Shown here piece after piece: positions 35,166 through 44,331 of a stretch of DNA of 64,000 nt; the first letter of the stretch is position 1; every line of letters starts with the position of its first letter. The stretch is from positions 224,001 through 288,000 of the IMG/VR virus record IMGVR_UViG_3300045988_180880. The stretch is one strand, 5' to 3'. The translations under genes were made by a program, and so were the position numbers. Under the pieces are notes generated by a model that did not search any database, was not told where the DNA came from, and saw only the letters and a program-made list of their open reading frames with translations. The stretch is from a virus.

Positions 35166-37394
35166 TTAAAACTTATTTAATATTTTTTCATACCAATTCT
35201 TTCCTTCTTCGAGTTTAGATGATACATATTTATCAGTTAGCTTGTTTCCATACTTAATAACAAAATCTCTAAACTCATCAGAATTCATAGATCCATTCTC
35301 TCCAAGATATAATGCAACTACTTTTAATAACTCTTTTTCGTCTTTCAAGATATTCACTACATCTTGTCTAAGTTCTGAAAATCTATGAGCTACCATTTCG
35401 TTAAGATATCCATTATATTCTTTATAAGGATGTTTGACATATAAACCTTCATTATCTAAGAATCCAGAAGGTATACCACCTGTACTTTCTTCTGTTAAAT
35501 GATTCGTATATGAATAAGGTTCAAAATACCCACATCTATAAGCCATCTCAGAGAAAAAATCCCATGCGTTTTCAATATCACTTCCAGAACCCATTAAACA
35601 CTTCTCTGGATATTTTCCATAAACTAGATTCTCAGCTTCATAACCAGCGAGACATATCCTAACCTCTGAATCAACATCTCCTCGACTATCAATTTCTCCT
35701 TCTTTTTTTGGATCATAAGTATTACAAAATCCTCCATCTCCGGTAGCGACAGAAACTATATTAACTGGATAAACACCAGTCTCATGTAAGGCTACTATTG
35801 CATGTCCAGCTTCATGTACAGAATTTATAAATCTTGTTAATCTTCTCTCTGGATTCCTTAATTCTCCAAGTTGTAATGGAATTTCTATATTTACTGTTTT
35901 TCTTGATTCGCCAAAAATAATACTTAGTGACGTTTTATCTATTTTTAATTTCTTTTCTGTAAGATCTGTTTCCTTAGTAAGAGTTATCATCACTTCTTTA
36001 TCTTCAGCGATACGATTAATTAAAATATCACTTAGAAGAGGAGTTAATAGAGTTCCAATAGTAGTATAAACCGGTCTTACACCTTGTACTGGAAATACTC
36101 CCTCTGAATACATAAGATCAATTATATTTTCAGCATAATTAATTTTTATTCCTTCAGTTTCTAAAAATTTATCTGCTATTCTAGATAATTCTTTTTTAAT
36201 AATCTTAATAAAATGTTCTTTCTTTAGTGTCGGATATTTTATTAAATTATTTCCAAGTCTAGCTATCTGTTCTGCTCTAAATCTTTGTTTGAGAGCTTCC
36301 TTAATATCTGAAATTGATACTTTACTTGTTTTATCATAGAAAGTATTAGCATCCATATCTGGATCTAAATCAGATTCTACTTTAAAAGCCTCATCTAAAT
36401 TTCCAAGAATAAATACTAATGATCTTGAACAATCTAATTCTTTCGGTTTAGATATAATTATAGAAACTTTTTCAAGAATATGACTAAATTCAGATATATT
36501 TTTAGAGTTATTTAAATTAGTGATTATTTCATACCCGTATCTAGGTTTATAAGCATTGAGTTTTTTTACAATTGTTCTCATATCTCTATCTTCCAAAAGT
36601 CTAAGAGGTCTAAATATATCTTCTTCCTCATCTTCATCATCACTAGTCTTTATGAAGGGTTTTGATACTTTTACTTTAGCAGAATCATCACCATTTAGAA
36701 GCTCTGTTACATTTCTTCCATAATAGAATAATCCAAGATTTTCTAAAACTGTCTTAACTTCTTCTCTAGAGGTTACTTTTCCAGAATCTAATTTTATTTC
36801 TGGATGTTCTTTAGAAAATTGTTTAAAATCTTCTACAAAATTTCCGAAATGTGTTATATCATATCTATACTCTGAAACACTAACTTTTCCATTATCTATA
36901 ATATTCCAAATTGGTCGAAGAGGAGATTTAAGAAGTTCACAACCATTTTCATCTATGGTTCTTGCATATTGAAACTCATCAAATACAAAAACTGCATCTC
37001 CAAGTTTATTTTCCCCTGATGAATTAAGAGAATCAAAATCGTCTTCAATATCAAATACTTCTTCTATTTTATCTGCAATACTTCCTGAAGATGATTCATT
37101 TGCTTCAAGACCACAATCAAAGAAAGCTGTTTTCCCAGTAAGACCAAGAAGTTGAACTAATCTCCGAACTACGCTTGTTTTTCCAGTTCCAGTTAATCCC
37201 CATAATGAAATAACAACTGGTCTCTCTATTATTTCTGGAGTTATATACCAAGGAATTATAGATTTTTTTATATTATCTATAATATCATCTAATCCTACAA
37301 ATTCTGATTTCAATATTGCTACAGCTTCATCTAATTTTTCTTGACGAAGCTCTTTTGTTTTTGGAATTGTCAGGTTTTCTAAATTTTTCTTCAT
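35166..37394 (-). CDS. AAA ATPase fused to an M41(FtsH)-type HEAGH metalloprotease domain, no TM segment
   Basis: Walker A GLTGTGKTS and Walker B VFVFDEFQ, then VHEAGHAIVALHE about 470 residues downstream. Confidence 0.65.
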   Translation of the reverse strand: MKKNLENLTIPKTKELRQEKLDEAVAILKSEFVGLDDIIDNIKKSIIPWYITPEIIERPVVISLWGLTGTGKTSVVRRLVQLLGLTGKTAFFDCGLEANESSSGSIADKIEEVFDIEDDFDSLNSSGENKLGDAVFVFDEFQYARTIDENGCELLKSPLRPIWNIIDNGKVSVSEYRYDITHFGNFVEDFKQFSKEHPEIKLDSGKVTSREEVKTVLENLGLFYYGRNVTELLNGDDSAKVKVSKPFIKTSDDEDEEEDIFRPLRLLEDRDMRTIVKKLNAYKPRYGYEIITNLNNSKNISEFSHILEKVSIIISKPKELDCSRSLVFILGNLDEAFKVESDLDPDMDANTFYDKTSKVSISDIKEALKQRFRAEQIARLGNNLIKYPTLKKEHFIKIIKKELSRIADKFLETEGIKINYAENIIDLMYSEGVFPVQGVRPVYTTIGTLLTPLLSDILINRIAEDKEVMITLTKETDLTEKKLKIDKTSLSIIFGESRKTVNIEIPLQLGELRNPERRLTRFINSVHEAGHAIVALHETGVYPVNIVSVATGDGGFCNTYDPKKEGEIDSRGDVDSEVRICLAGYEAENLVYGKYPEKCLMGSGSDIENAWDFFSEMAYRCGYFEPYSYTNHLTEESTGGIPSGFLDNEGLYVKHPYKEYNGYLNEMVAHRFSELRQDVVNILKDEKELLKVVALYLGENGSMNSDEFRDFVIKYGNKLTDKYVSSKLEEGKNWYEKILNKF

Positions 37395-37491
37395 ATTATA
37401 AGTTTTATATAATCTACATGTATAAGGATTAGAGGTTGAAAGAGGAGAAAAATAAAGAAAGGGATTATATTTCCCTTTCTATTGTTGCTTA

Positions 37492-37953
37492 TTAGTATTC
37501 AGGTATTACTTTCACTCCTTTTCTATTACTAATTCTTGGAGTGGTAATATTATAGAACATTGTGCTTCTGTTCATCTTTTTATAATATCTGCCCCAGTAT
37601 CCATATTCTCTTATTAATATCTCCAATTCTCTTCTATTCTTTGGAGCTTTAGATAACCAATTATAATTTACTACATTAATTATCAATCTCCAAGTAAAAG
37701 ATTGGAAAAATTCATCTGGCTTTTTAATATCTGGATCTTTTAAACAATCATCCAGAATATCTACAATAATTTCCTTAATAGGCTCAACACCATTCACGAT
37801 TTTTGTTCTACTTGAATCTAAAGATAACTGGGATCTTTTTTCTTCTCCTTTTCTTTCATTTTCCTTACCAGTTTTCTCACTAGATTTCAAGGGCTCACTT
37901 GGACGGATTCCTATTATCCACCCAAGGACTTCTGTTAAACTCTTGAGTCTCAT
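37492..37953 (-). CDS. hypothetical protein
   Basis: 153-aa ORF. Confidence 0.55.
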   Translation of the reverse strand: MRLKSLTEVLGWIIGIRPSEPLKSSEKTGKENERKGEEKRSQLSLDSSRTKIVNGVEPIKEIIVDILDDCLKDPDIKKPDEFFQSFTWRLIINVVNYNWLSKAPKNRRELEILIREYGYWGRYYKKMNRSTMFYNITTPRISNRKGVKVIPEY

Positions 37954-37956
37954 AGT

Positions 37957-38424
37957 TCAAATCCTTTTTAAGTAGTTAAACAATTTATATATAGAATATA
38001 GAAATACTATAATAATTGCTAATAATCTTAATAAAATCTCTACATTATTGATCTCAGGTACATATTTCATAAACAATGCCAATCCAATTAAACTTCCTAT
38101 GATTGGTAATACATATTTACAAATTAATAATCCTGTATTCAATGATTTAACTACCCAAAGCAAACCTTCATTTTTAATTCCCCATAATTTTCCTAGATTA
38201 AACATCGCATCTTGACCGTACTTATAAATCCAGAATATTTTTTCTATTCCTAATATAAGTGCTCCAATAAAACATAATGCCATATATATTCCTAGGTGTG
38301 TCATATTACCTGGGGAGGTAACTTTGAACACGTAAATTAAGTAGATACATAAAAAGTAATAAGCAATACTTCTTATACTAAATGTTAATTCAAATTTTTC
38401 ATTTAATTTATTTTTCTTTGTCAT
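37957..38424 (-). CDS. polytopic membrane protein
   Basis: 155 aa with about four hydrophobic segments. Confidence 0.6.
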   Translation of the reverse strand: MTKKNKLNEKFELTFSIRSIAYYFLCIYLIYVFKVTSPGNMTHLGIYMALCFIGALILGIEKIFWIYKYGQDAMFNLGKLWGIKNEGLLWVVKSLNTGLLICKYVLPIIGSLIGLALFMKYVPEINNVEILLRLLAIIIVFLYSIYKLFNYLKRI

Positions 38425-38611
38425 AATTCTTTTGTTATTGTCTTAAGGTTTTTCTGACACTATAGATAATAAATCATAGTGGCACCCTACTCCGAGAGAA
38501 AGCATAACATATAGGAACGCTCATCTCTCATTGCTACATTTAGTTTCACAACTTTAGTGCTAGTTGTCTTCTACACCGCGAAGAGGTAGTAGTTTCGTAG
38601 AAGAAAAAATA

Positions 38612-38746
38612 CTAGGGATATATAAAATCAAACTCTAAGTATTATTTAGTTAATAAATTTTTACTATTCTATCATAAATACATATATGCGCACTAACGTA
38701 TTTAATTAAAAATTTATTAAAGTCTATTTGATTTTATATTCCCTAG
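38612..38746. repeat. 135-nt extended imperfect palindrome in a 572-nt non-coding region
   Basis: Outer arms 38612-38632 and 38727-38746 (about 20 bp with one bulge). Inner arms 38650-38663 and 38707-38720 (14 bp). Confidence 0.8.
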
Positions 38747-38996
38747 TGAACTTTACCTGTTTACCTCGAGAAGATTATACTTTTCGATCTTGATACTCTG
38801 GAAATTGTTACAGTGATCAATTAATTTATACTCATAATTATAATTAGAAGTAACTAATAACATAAGCCAGTTATATCCAAATAAAATTCAATTATTTATT
38901 ATTATATTAATAAGTAGTCTCCGATCAGTACCATATTTTCATCTGATCTTTACTACATATATAAGAATTTGAAGGTTTCTGAGGTATCTTATTTTT

Positions 38997-40008
38997 TTAT
39001 TCATCTAATCTTTCTTGCTTAGACTTCTTAGATATCTCTTCCTCATCCAAATCTCCATAAACTTCCGGAAGCCATCTTTTTAAAATACTGGGAATCAAAT
39101 CATTTCTCACAACATCCTCTAGACCAAATTCAACAATACCTATTTCATCCATATCAGATAATTTTTCCACAGCATATTGTAATCCTTTTTGATTTTTCCC
39201 TGATTTTAAAGAACTCGAATCTAATTGCATTTCATCAGAATTAAAGATATATTTAGAATTAGTTCCTATTCTAGTTAATATCTTAAGAAAAGTATCTCGA
39301 CTGAAGTTCTGGCTCTCAGATATTAAAACAATTGAAGAATCAATATTGTTTCCCCTAAGAAACTGGCTGCCTTTCACTTCTATTTTACCAGCATCTACTA
39401 ACTTTTGAACAATTTCTTTTCCATTTTTTCCTGAAGCATTAAATATCTTCTCCATCGTATAAAAATCTGCTTCTTTATACGGCGCGAGCTTTTCTTGCAA
39501 ATCTCCGCGAAGATCGAATAGGCCTATATTAATTATATAGACTACTAGACTATATCTTAAAAGCGTTTTTATTTTCTTTTCTTCACACATAGTCGTTGAG
39601 AAACTATTTAGGTTAATCTAATTAATAGTTTTTGCTGATTATACTTTAATTTCCAGCATTTCTTGAAGTTTTCCTAAGTTTTATACACCTAGGGGACAAT
39701 CTAACTTATCCAATATTTTCGTCAGGATTAGTAGCTACAGGATAAATAAATACTATTTTTTCATAACCATTATCAGGATTTTTTAATAAATCAAGGGCAG
39801 CGTAAACAGAAACGTATGATTTTCCAGAACCGGCAGGACCCTTAACTATTGTAATTTCGTGATCATAAATAGATTTAAGAAATTCTTTTTGATGCTTAGT
39901 TTTGCATTTAAAATTAATTTTAAAATTCAAAATACTATCTCTTTCTTTTCGAATTAGATCAAGTTCTTCATCTACACTTGATTTAGTAACAGCTTTCTTT
40001 TTAGCCAT
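38997..40008 (-). CDS. phoH: PhoH-like ATPase, two exons
   Basis: Exons are 39708..40008 and 38997..39514 (819 nt, 273 codons). Walker A GPAGSGKS. The junction rebuilds ENIG-Y-LRGDLQEK, matching the PhoH pattern E-x-L-G-F-L-P-G-D-L-x-E-K. Confidence 0.8.
39515..39707 (-). mobile_element. group I intron in phoH (ORF-less, 193 nt)
   Basis: P1 is GGAU/GUCC with a U-G wobble. Contains CTCAACGACTATG, AAGATATAGTCTAG and the shared AAATGCTGGAAA...ATCAGCA hairpin. Ends in TCG. Confidence 0.7.
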
Positions 40009-40017
40009 AGAGTTTAA

Positions 40018-41112
40018 TTATTTTTTATTAATACCAACACTAGATATCTCGGATACAACCTGACATCTAGAATATTTAAAGTCTTCTAGGTCATAGGAAT
40101 TTGTATATGACATTGCTGATCTAAGATAGGAATCCATGTTTTTTGCCCACCCTGCTAATGTATATTCAATTTCTAAGACCACGCTTTTTCCTTCTGAAGT
40201 TTTTAATTTTTCTCTGTCTACGGTTTCTATTGATTTTCCTAAGATTTCTGCTTGTGCTCGTTTAGTTGACATTCCATAATACTCTCGATAAAATTTCTCT
40301 CCTCTGGTTATATCTATACTTTCTGGAAGGGATTCATAATATTCGCCGTAATATTCTCTTAGCACTGGACCGGCCGCTTCTAATGCTTTTCCAAATGTAC
40401 TTCCCATCATAACATAATCTGCTCCAAGTGCTAAGCATTTAATTACGGCCGAAAAAGTGCTAATTCCTCCATCGGCGATAATTTTTGTACGCCCTGAACA
40501 TTCTATCTTAACCTGAAAAGTATCATTAATCAGAGAACCCATAGGATAATGAATACCAGTCTGAGTAGAAGTAATACAACCAGCTCCACCACCTATACCT
40601 ACTCTAAGATAATCAAATCCAGCTTTATCATACAATTTATAGGTCTTAGGGTTAGCTATATTTCCACCCATGATTTTTATTAATGTTCCATATAATTCTC
40701 TAAGAGTTCGACCAAGTTCTATCTGACTCTCCATATGTCCATTAGCTATATCAATTAAGACATATAATCCAGATCCTGTACTTTGTTGATGCTGTTTTAT
40801 AAAATTTTCTTCAATCTCTTTCATAGAAAAAGCACAAAATACTTCAGAACATAATTTGAGTCTTTCAGAAAGAGGTACATTTCTGGGGATAATACATGAA
40901 ATTAGATTATCATGAAAAGTTTTATAATTTTTTGGACTAACCACTGATGCCATAGGTGCTGCAATAACTGGAAGGAATTTGCTATCTTCTCTGCCATCTA
41001 TTCTAGGAACCCATGGAATACATTGAGATCTACTATTTATTCTTGTTACTACTTCTGGAATGATTGTTATCTCTTCAAGTGAATACAAAATAGTTGGTTT
41101 ATTTTCTAACAT
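40018..41112 (-). CDS. IMPDH/GMP-reductase family oxidoreductase (no CBS insert, GMP-reductase-like)
   Basis: Active-site loop VGIGGGAGCITSTQTG, 364 aa. Confidence 0.7.
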   Translation of the reverse strand: MLENKPTILYSLEEITIIPEVVTRINSRSQCIPWVPRIDGREDSKFLPVIAAPMASVVSPKNYKTFHDNLISCIIPRNVPLSERLKLCSEVFCAFSMKEIEENFIKQHQQSTGSGLYVLIDIANGHMESQIELGRTLRELYGTLIKIMGGNIANPKTYKLYDKAGFDYLRVGIGGGAGCITSTQTGIHYPMGSLINDTFQVKIECSGRTKIIADGGISTFSAVIKCLALGADYVMMGSTFGKALEAAGPVLREYYGEYYESLPESIDITRGEKFYREYYGMSTKRAQAEILGKSIETVDREKLKTSEGKSVVLEIEYTLAGWAKNMDSYLRSAMSYTNSYDLEDFKYSRCQVVSEISSVGINKK

Positions 41113-41216
41113 AATTTTATATTAATTTTGGTTTCATATATAAAGCAATTAAGGCATGGGGAGAGCAAAAAGTAAATAACCTTAAGGAATTTCTCTTCCC
41201 TAAGGTTTATCTTACA

Positions 41217-41639
41217 TTACTTTTTTATCTCAATGTCCCAAGAAATAAATAAATATGTACTATTCTTAAATTCTGGAACTCTTTCTTTGTCAAGATAAAA
41301 AGTTTTAAATCCTTTTTCTGTATAGTGAGTTTTTATTAAGTCATAGAGATCTCTTTGATCATCCGGAACAATCAATGCTAATAATCTTTCTTTATGACTA
41401 AATTGAAGCTTACTTGTTATTTGTTCTTCAATTTCTTTAATCTTTTTCTTAGCAATTTCTTCTAGGCTAGAATACCCCTGAAGATTAAACCTGCTAATAA
41501 TATTAGCTTGATCTGCTGTTAATTCTTTCTTTTTTCCGATTGTCATAATTTTTTCTTTAAGTCTTAATAAACTTTTAATCATCCTCACACTATCTTCATC
41601 TTGTTTTTCTAGTACTTTACTTACCGTTATTTCTTTCAT
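41217..41639 (-). CDS. hypothetical protein
   Basis: 140-aa ORF. Confidence 0.55.
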   Translation of the reverse strand: MKEITVSKVLEKQDEDSVRMIKSLLRLKEKIMTIGKKKELTADQANIISRFNLQGYSSLEEIAKKKIKEIEEQITSKLQFSHKERLLALIVPDDQRDLYDLIKTHYTEKGFKTFYLDKERVPEFKNSTYLFISWDIEIKK

Positions 41640-41718
41640 AACTTTTAAGTTTTTTTATTGTTTACACCTATAAGGAATTCAATGGTTCTTAAGATTCTTA
41701 TATATGATAATAAAATAA

Positions 41719-42192
41719 ATGATTATGCAAAAATTTATAATTAGTAAAGAAGGAGAATTAATTTTAGGTAATGTAGAGTTTCACTTTGAATTACTTGGAA
41801 AGAATTACGCTACAGGATGTTGGGGAGGAGGTTTTTGGAGAGTTGATAAAAAATCTAAAACTTTAATCCTTGCCGGAAAATCAACAGACTTCGGACCTCC
41901 TAAGTGGGAATACTTCAAAGAACCTCCTGTAGGGTATGAAGATTATAAAATTACATATGAAGGAAAAGAAGTAATGATCTCTAAAAAAGAAGATCCAGTA
42001 GATAATTATACTAAACATGTAGATAATAAAATATTGGAGGAACTTAAGAAACAAAAATCTTATGATCCAACAAAAGGTTTACTTAATAATTTTAAATTTA
42101 ATGATGGTTATGAAGTCAAAGCAAAAAACAAAAAAGACGCCACTAGAAAACATAACGCTTGGAAAAGAAGAAATAAAAAAGCCGAGAACTAA
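41719..42192 (+). CDS. hypothetical protein with Lys-rich tail
   Basis: 157-aa ORF with a promoter-like motif at 41694-41710. Confidence 0.55.
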   Translation: MIMQKFIISKEGELILGNVEFHFELLGKNYATGCWGGGFWRVDKKSKTLILAGKSTDFGPPKWEYFKEPPVGYEDYKITYEGKEVMISKKEDPVDNYTKHVDNKILEELKKQKSYDPTKGLLNNFKFNDGYEVKAKNKKDATRKHNAWKRRNKKAEN

Positions 42193-42496
42193 ACAAGAAC
42201 GTCTAGCAGCAGGAGAAACGTTTGTAACTTCTGAGAAAGGAAATTCAATGACTCCTCTCATCATGTCTGGTCAAAAACATGTCTTAGAACCTGTTCCTGG
42301 ACTAGATTCAGTAAAAGTTGGAGATATAGTTTACTGTAAAGTTCATGGAAGATTCTTTACACACTTAATTAAAGCAATAGATCCAATTAAAGGTGCTCAG
42401 ATAGGGAATAATCACGGACATATAAATGGTTGGACTAAGAACATTTATGGAAAAGTAATAAAAGTTTTAAAACCAGATGAGAAATGGGAAAAATAA
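42101..42496 (+). CDS. S24 (LexA/UmuD-type) peptidase-domain protein, start uncertain
   Basis: GNSMTPLI ... VGDIVYC ... IYGKVIKV pattern. Overlaps the previous ORF by about 90 nt. Confidence 0.5.
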   Translation: MMVMKSKQKTKKTPLENITLGKEEIKKPRTKQERLAAGETFVTSEKGNSMTPLIMSGQKHVLEPVPGLDSVKVGDIVYCKVHGRFFTHLIKAIDPIKGAQIGNNHGHINGWTKNIYGKVIKVLKPDEKWEK

Positions 42497-42816
42497 CAAA
42501 AGAATCCATTAAAGAGTTTTTAGATTACTTAACCGAAAATTCAGGTTCAGGAGTTAGAATAACAGAAGGTTCAACGAGTGAGATATATACAATTCATTTT
42601 CTTGGAGCAGCTATTGAACAGATTATCTTATATGAAAAATTCTATGGAGTAGAGTTAGCATTTATTACTTTAGAAGATAAATCTGTATATACTCAACACA
42701 AACAGATTACAAATCAAGAATCCCTAGAGAAAGAGGTATTATGTTGGATTCTAAAAACTACTGAAAAAGTGAAACAAAGAAAACGCTTGAAAACCTTATA
42801 TGTGAATGTAAAATAG
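42484..42816 (+). CDS. hypothetical protein
   Basis: 110-aa ORF. Confidence 0.55.
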   Translation: MGKITKESIKEFLDYLTENSGSGVRITEGSTSEIYTIHFLGAAIEQIILYEKFYGVELAFITLEDKSVYTQHKQITNQESLEKEVLCWILKTTEKVKQRKRLKTLYVNVK

Positions 42817-42943
42817 AAACACAACAAATTTTTAAACTCATGAATTATATAGGTTCTGGTCTGTGAAGATCGGAACTTATTTTTTTTATTCACAAGAAAA
42901 AAAAAGAAAGGCCAGGATTAATTTCCTAGTCTTTCTCTTATTT

Positions 42944-43381
42944 TTATTTATTCAATTCTAATAATGATTTTTGAACAATATAATTATTTCTGGTTAGATC
43001 TTTTACATTATATAATAAATCTTCTAAAGGAATATCTATGAATTGTAAAGCTTTTGGATTAGATTCATAAGCATTATGTACTTCATATTTAGATTGTTTT
43101 TTATCAACAAAGTCATCATAACCCGAATATTCATCAAAGTTATTTCTATTAAGTAAGATAAGATTTTTAGTAAGCTTTTTACAAATACTTAATGGAAATT
43201 TAGCAAGAATTAATTCAGCGGTTGTAATTACTTTATCATCTCCTACTAGATTATCCCAAGATTTATTATAATCGAATAGATTTACATCTAATGAATTCTC
43301 TAGTCTAAAAGCTCCTTTATAGACTTTTATTAGTTTAGATACTTTTAGTGAATACTTAGATCGAACTACTTTAAATATCAT
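42944..43381 (-). CDS. hypothetical protein
   Basis: 145-aa ORF. Confidence 0.55.
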   Translation of the reverse strand: MIFKVVRSKYSLKVSKLIKVYKGAFRLENSLDVNLFDYNKSWDNLVGDDKVITTAELILAKFPLSICKKLTKNLILLNRNNFDEYSGYDDFVDKKQSKYEVHNAYESNPKALQFIDIPLEDLLYNVKDLTRNNYIVQKSLLELNK

Positions 43382-43776
43382 AAAATAGTAATTAATCTAG
43401 AGAACATTTTTTCAATTCCAGCAAGATCAAGGAGCAGTGGGTAAGTTTTATTCACTACTTTTTGTCTTTTCCATTGAATTAGTGGTATCTCTGGAGATTC
43501 AGACGTATATAAATCGAGTCTTTTCTGACCTGGAATATATACTAAACATCCAAAAATACTTCTTTTATTTTTTACTAACAAGGCGAGTTTATAAATTGCT
43601 TGACCTTGTGCTACACTTAAAAGAATCTGATCTGCTCCAAGTCCCCAAAGAAGTCTTGTATTATTATAAAGAGTTCGTAAAGGTATCATTTCTTTTGGAT
43701 CCCCTGTTTTAAAAAAGTCTGTAGGATTTTTTACATCTGCAAACTCTAACATATTATATGTTATATCCTGTAACAT
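43378..43776 (-). CDS. hypothetical protein
   Basis: 132-aa ORF. Confidence 0.55.
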   Translation of the reverse strand: MLQDITYNMLEFADVKNPTDFFKTGDPKEMIPLRTLYNNTRLLWGLGADQILLSVAQGQAIYKLALLVKNKRSIFGCLVYIPGQKRLDLYTSESPEIPLIQWKRQKVVNKTYPLLLDLAGIEKMFSRLITIL

Positions 43777-44323
43777 AAGTATTAGTATTATTGGAATTTA
43801 TATTAGTTGGTATTTGTGATGATGCAGAAGATACAACATAATCTGAAGAACATGTAGTTGTTGATACCTGAGAATATGGAACAAATGGGTTAGTTGAAGA
43901 GCCATCATTATACCAAAATTTTCCGGGAACTGTCATAATTGGATTAGTTGTCCACTTTCTATTTGCATCATTCAGTTCTTCCATAAGTTTTTGTAATGTT
44001 TCGCTGTCTAGGTTAATATAGTCTCCGGCATTATAAATATCTTTAATCTTATCTATAATTTCTTCTGGCATCGTAAAATATACCTCAGGACATTCGGGAG
44101 AAACTATAACTAAATAATCTCCTATATTTTGAATAATACCTATCCTAAATTCTTCTACCCAAGCAATGGATTCAGTTTTAAAAATCTTTATTCCACTAGA
44201 AATTAAAGTACCATACTTTGGAGAAGACTGAAATGTTCCTAAAACTCTATATCCAGAAAAATCACTAAACCCATTAAATATTTCCTCTTTTAGAAAATAT
44301 TCTTTTAATTTTTCTTCACTCAT
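43754..44323 (-). CDS. hypothetical protein
   Basis: 189-aa ORF. Confidence 0.55.
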   Translation of the reverse strand: MSEEKLKEYFLKEEIFNGFSDFSGYRVLGTFQSSPKYGTLISSGIKIFKTESIAWVEEFRIGIIQNIGDYLVIVSPECPEVYFTMPEEIIDKIKDIYNAGDYINLDSETLQKLMEELNDANRKWTTNPIMTVPGKFWYNDGSSTNPFVPYSQVSTTTCSSDYVVSSASSQIPTNINSNNTNTYVTGYNI

Positions 44324-44331
44324 CGTATTAA

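Noticed and set aside
38997-39590. The N-terminal 25 residues (MCEEKKIKTLLRYSLVVYIINIG...) of the listed ORF as real PhoH sequence.
   Set aside because: This part is read-through of the intron 3' region. The PhoH alignment resumes only at YLRGDLQEK after splicing.
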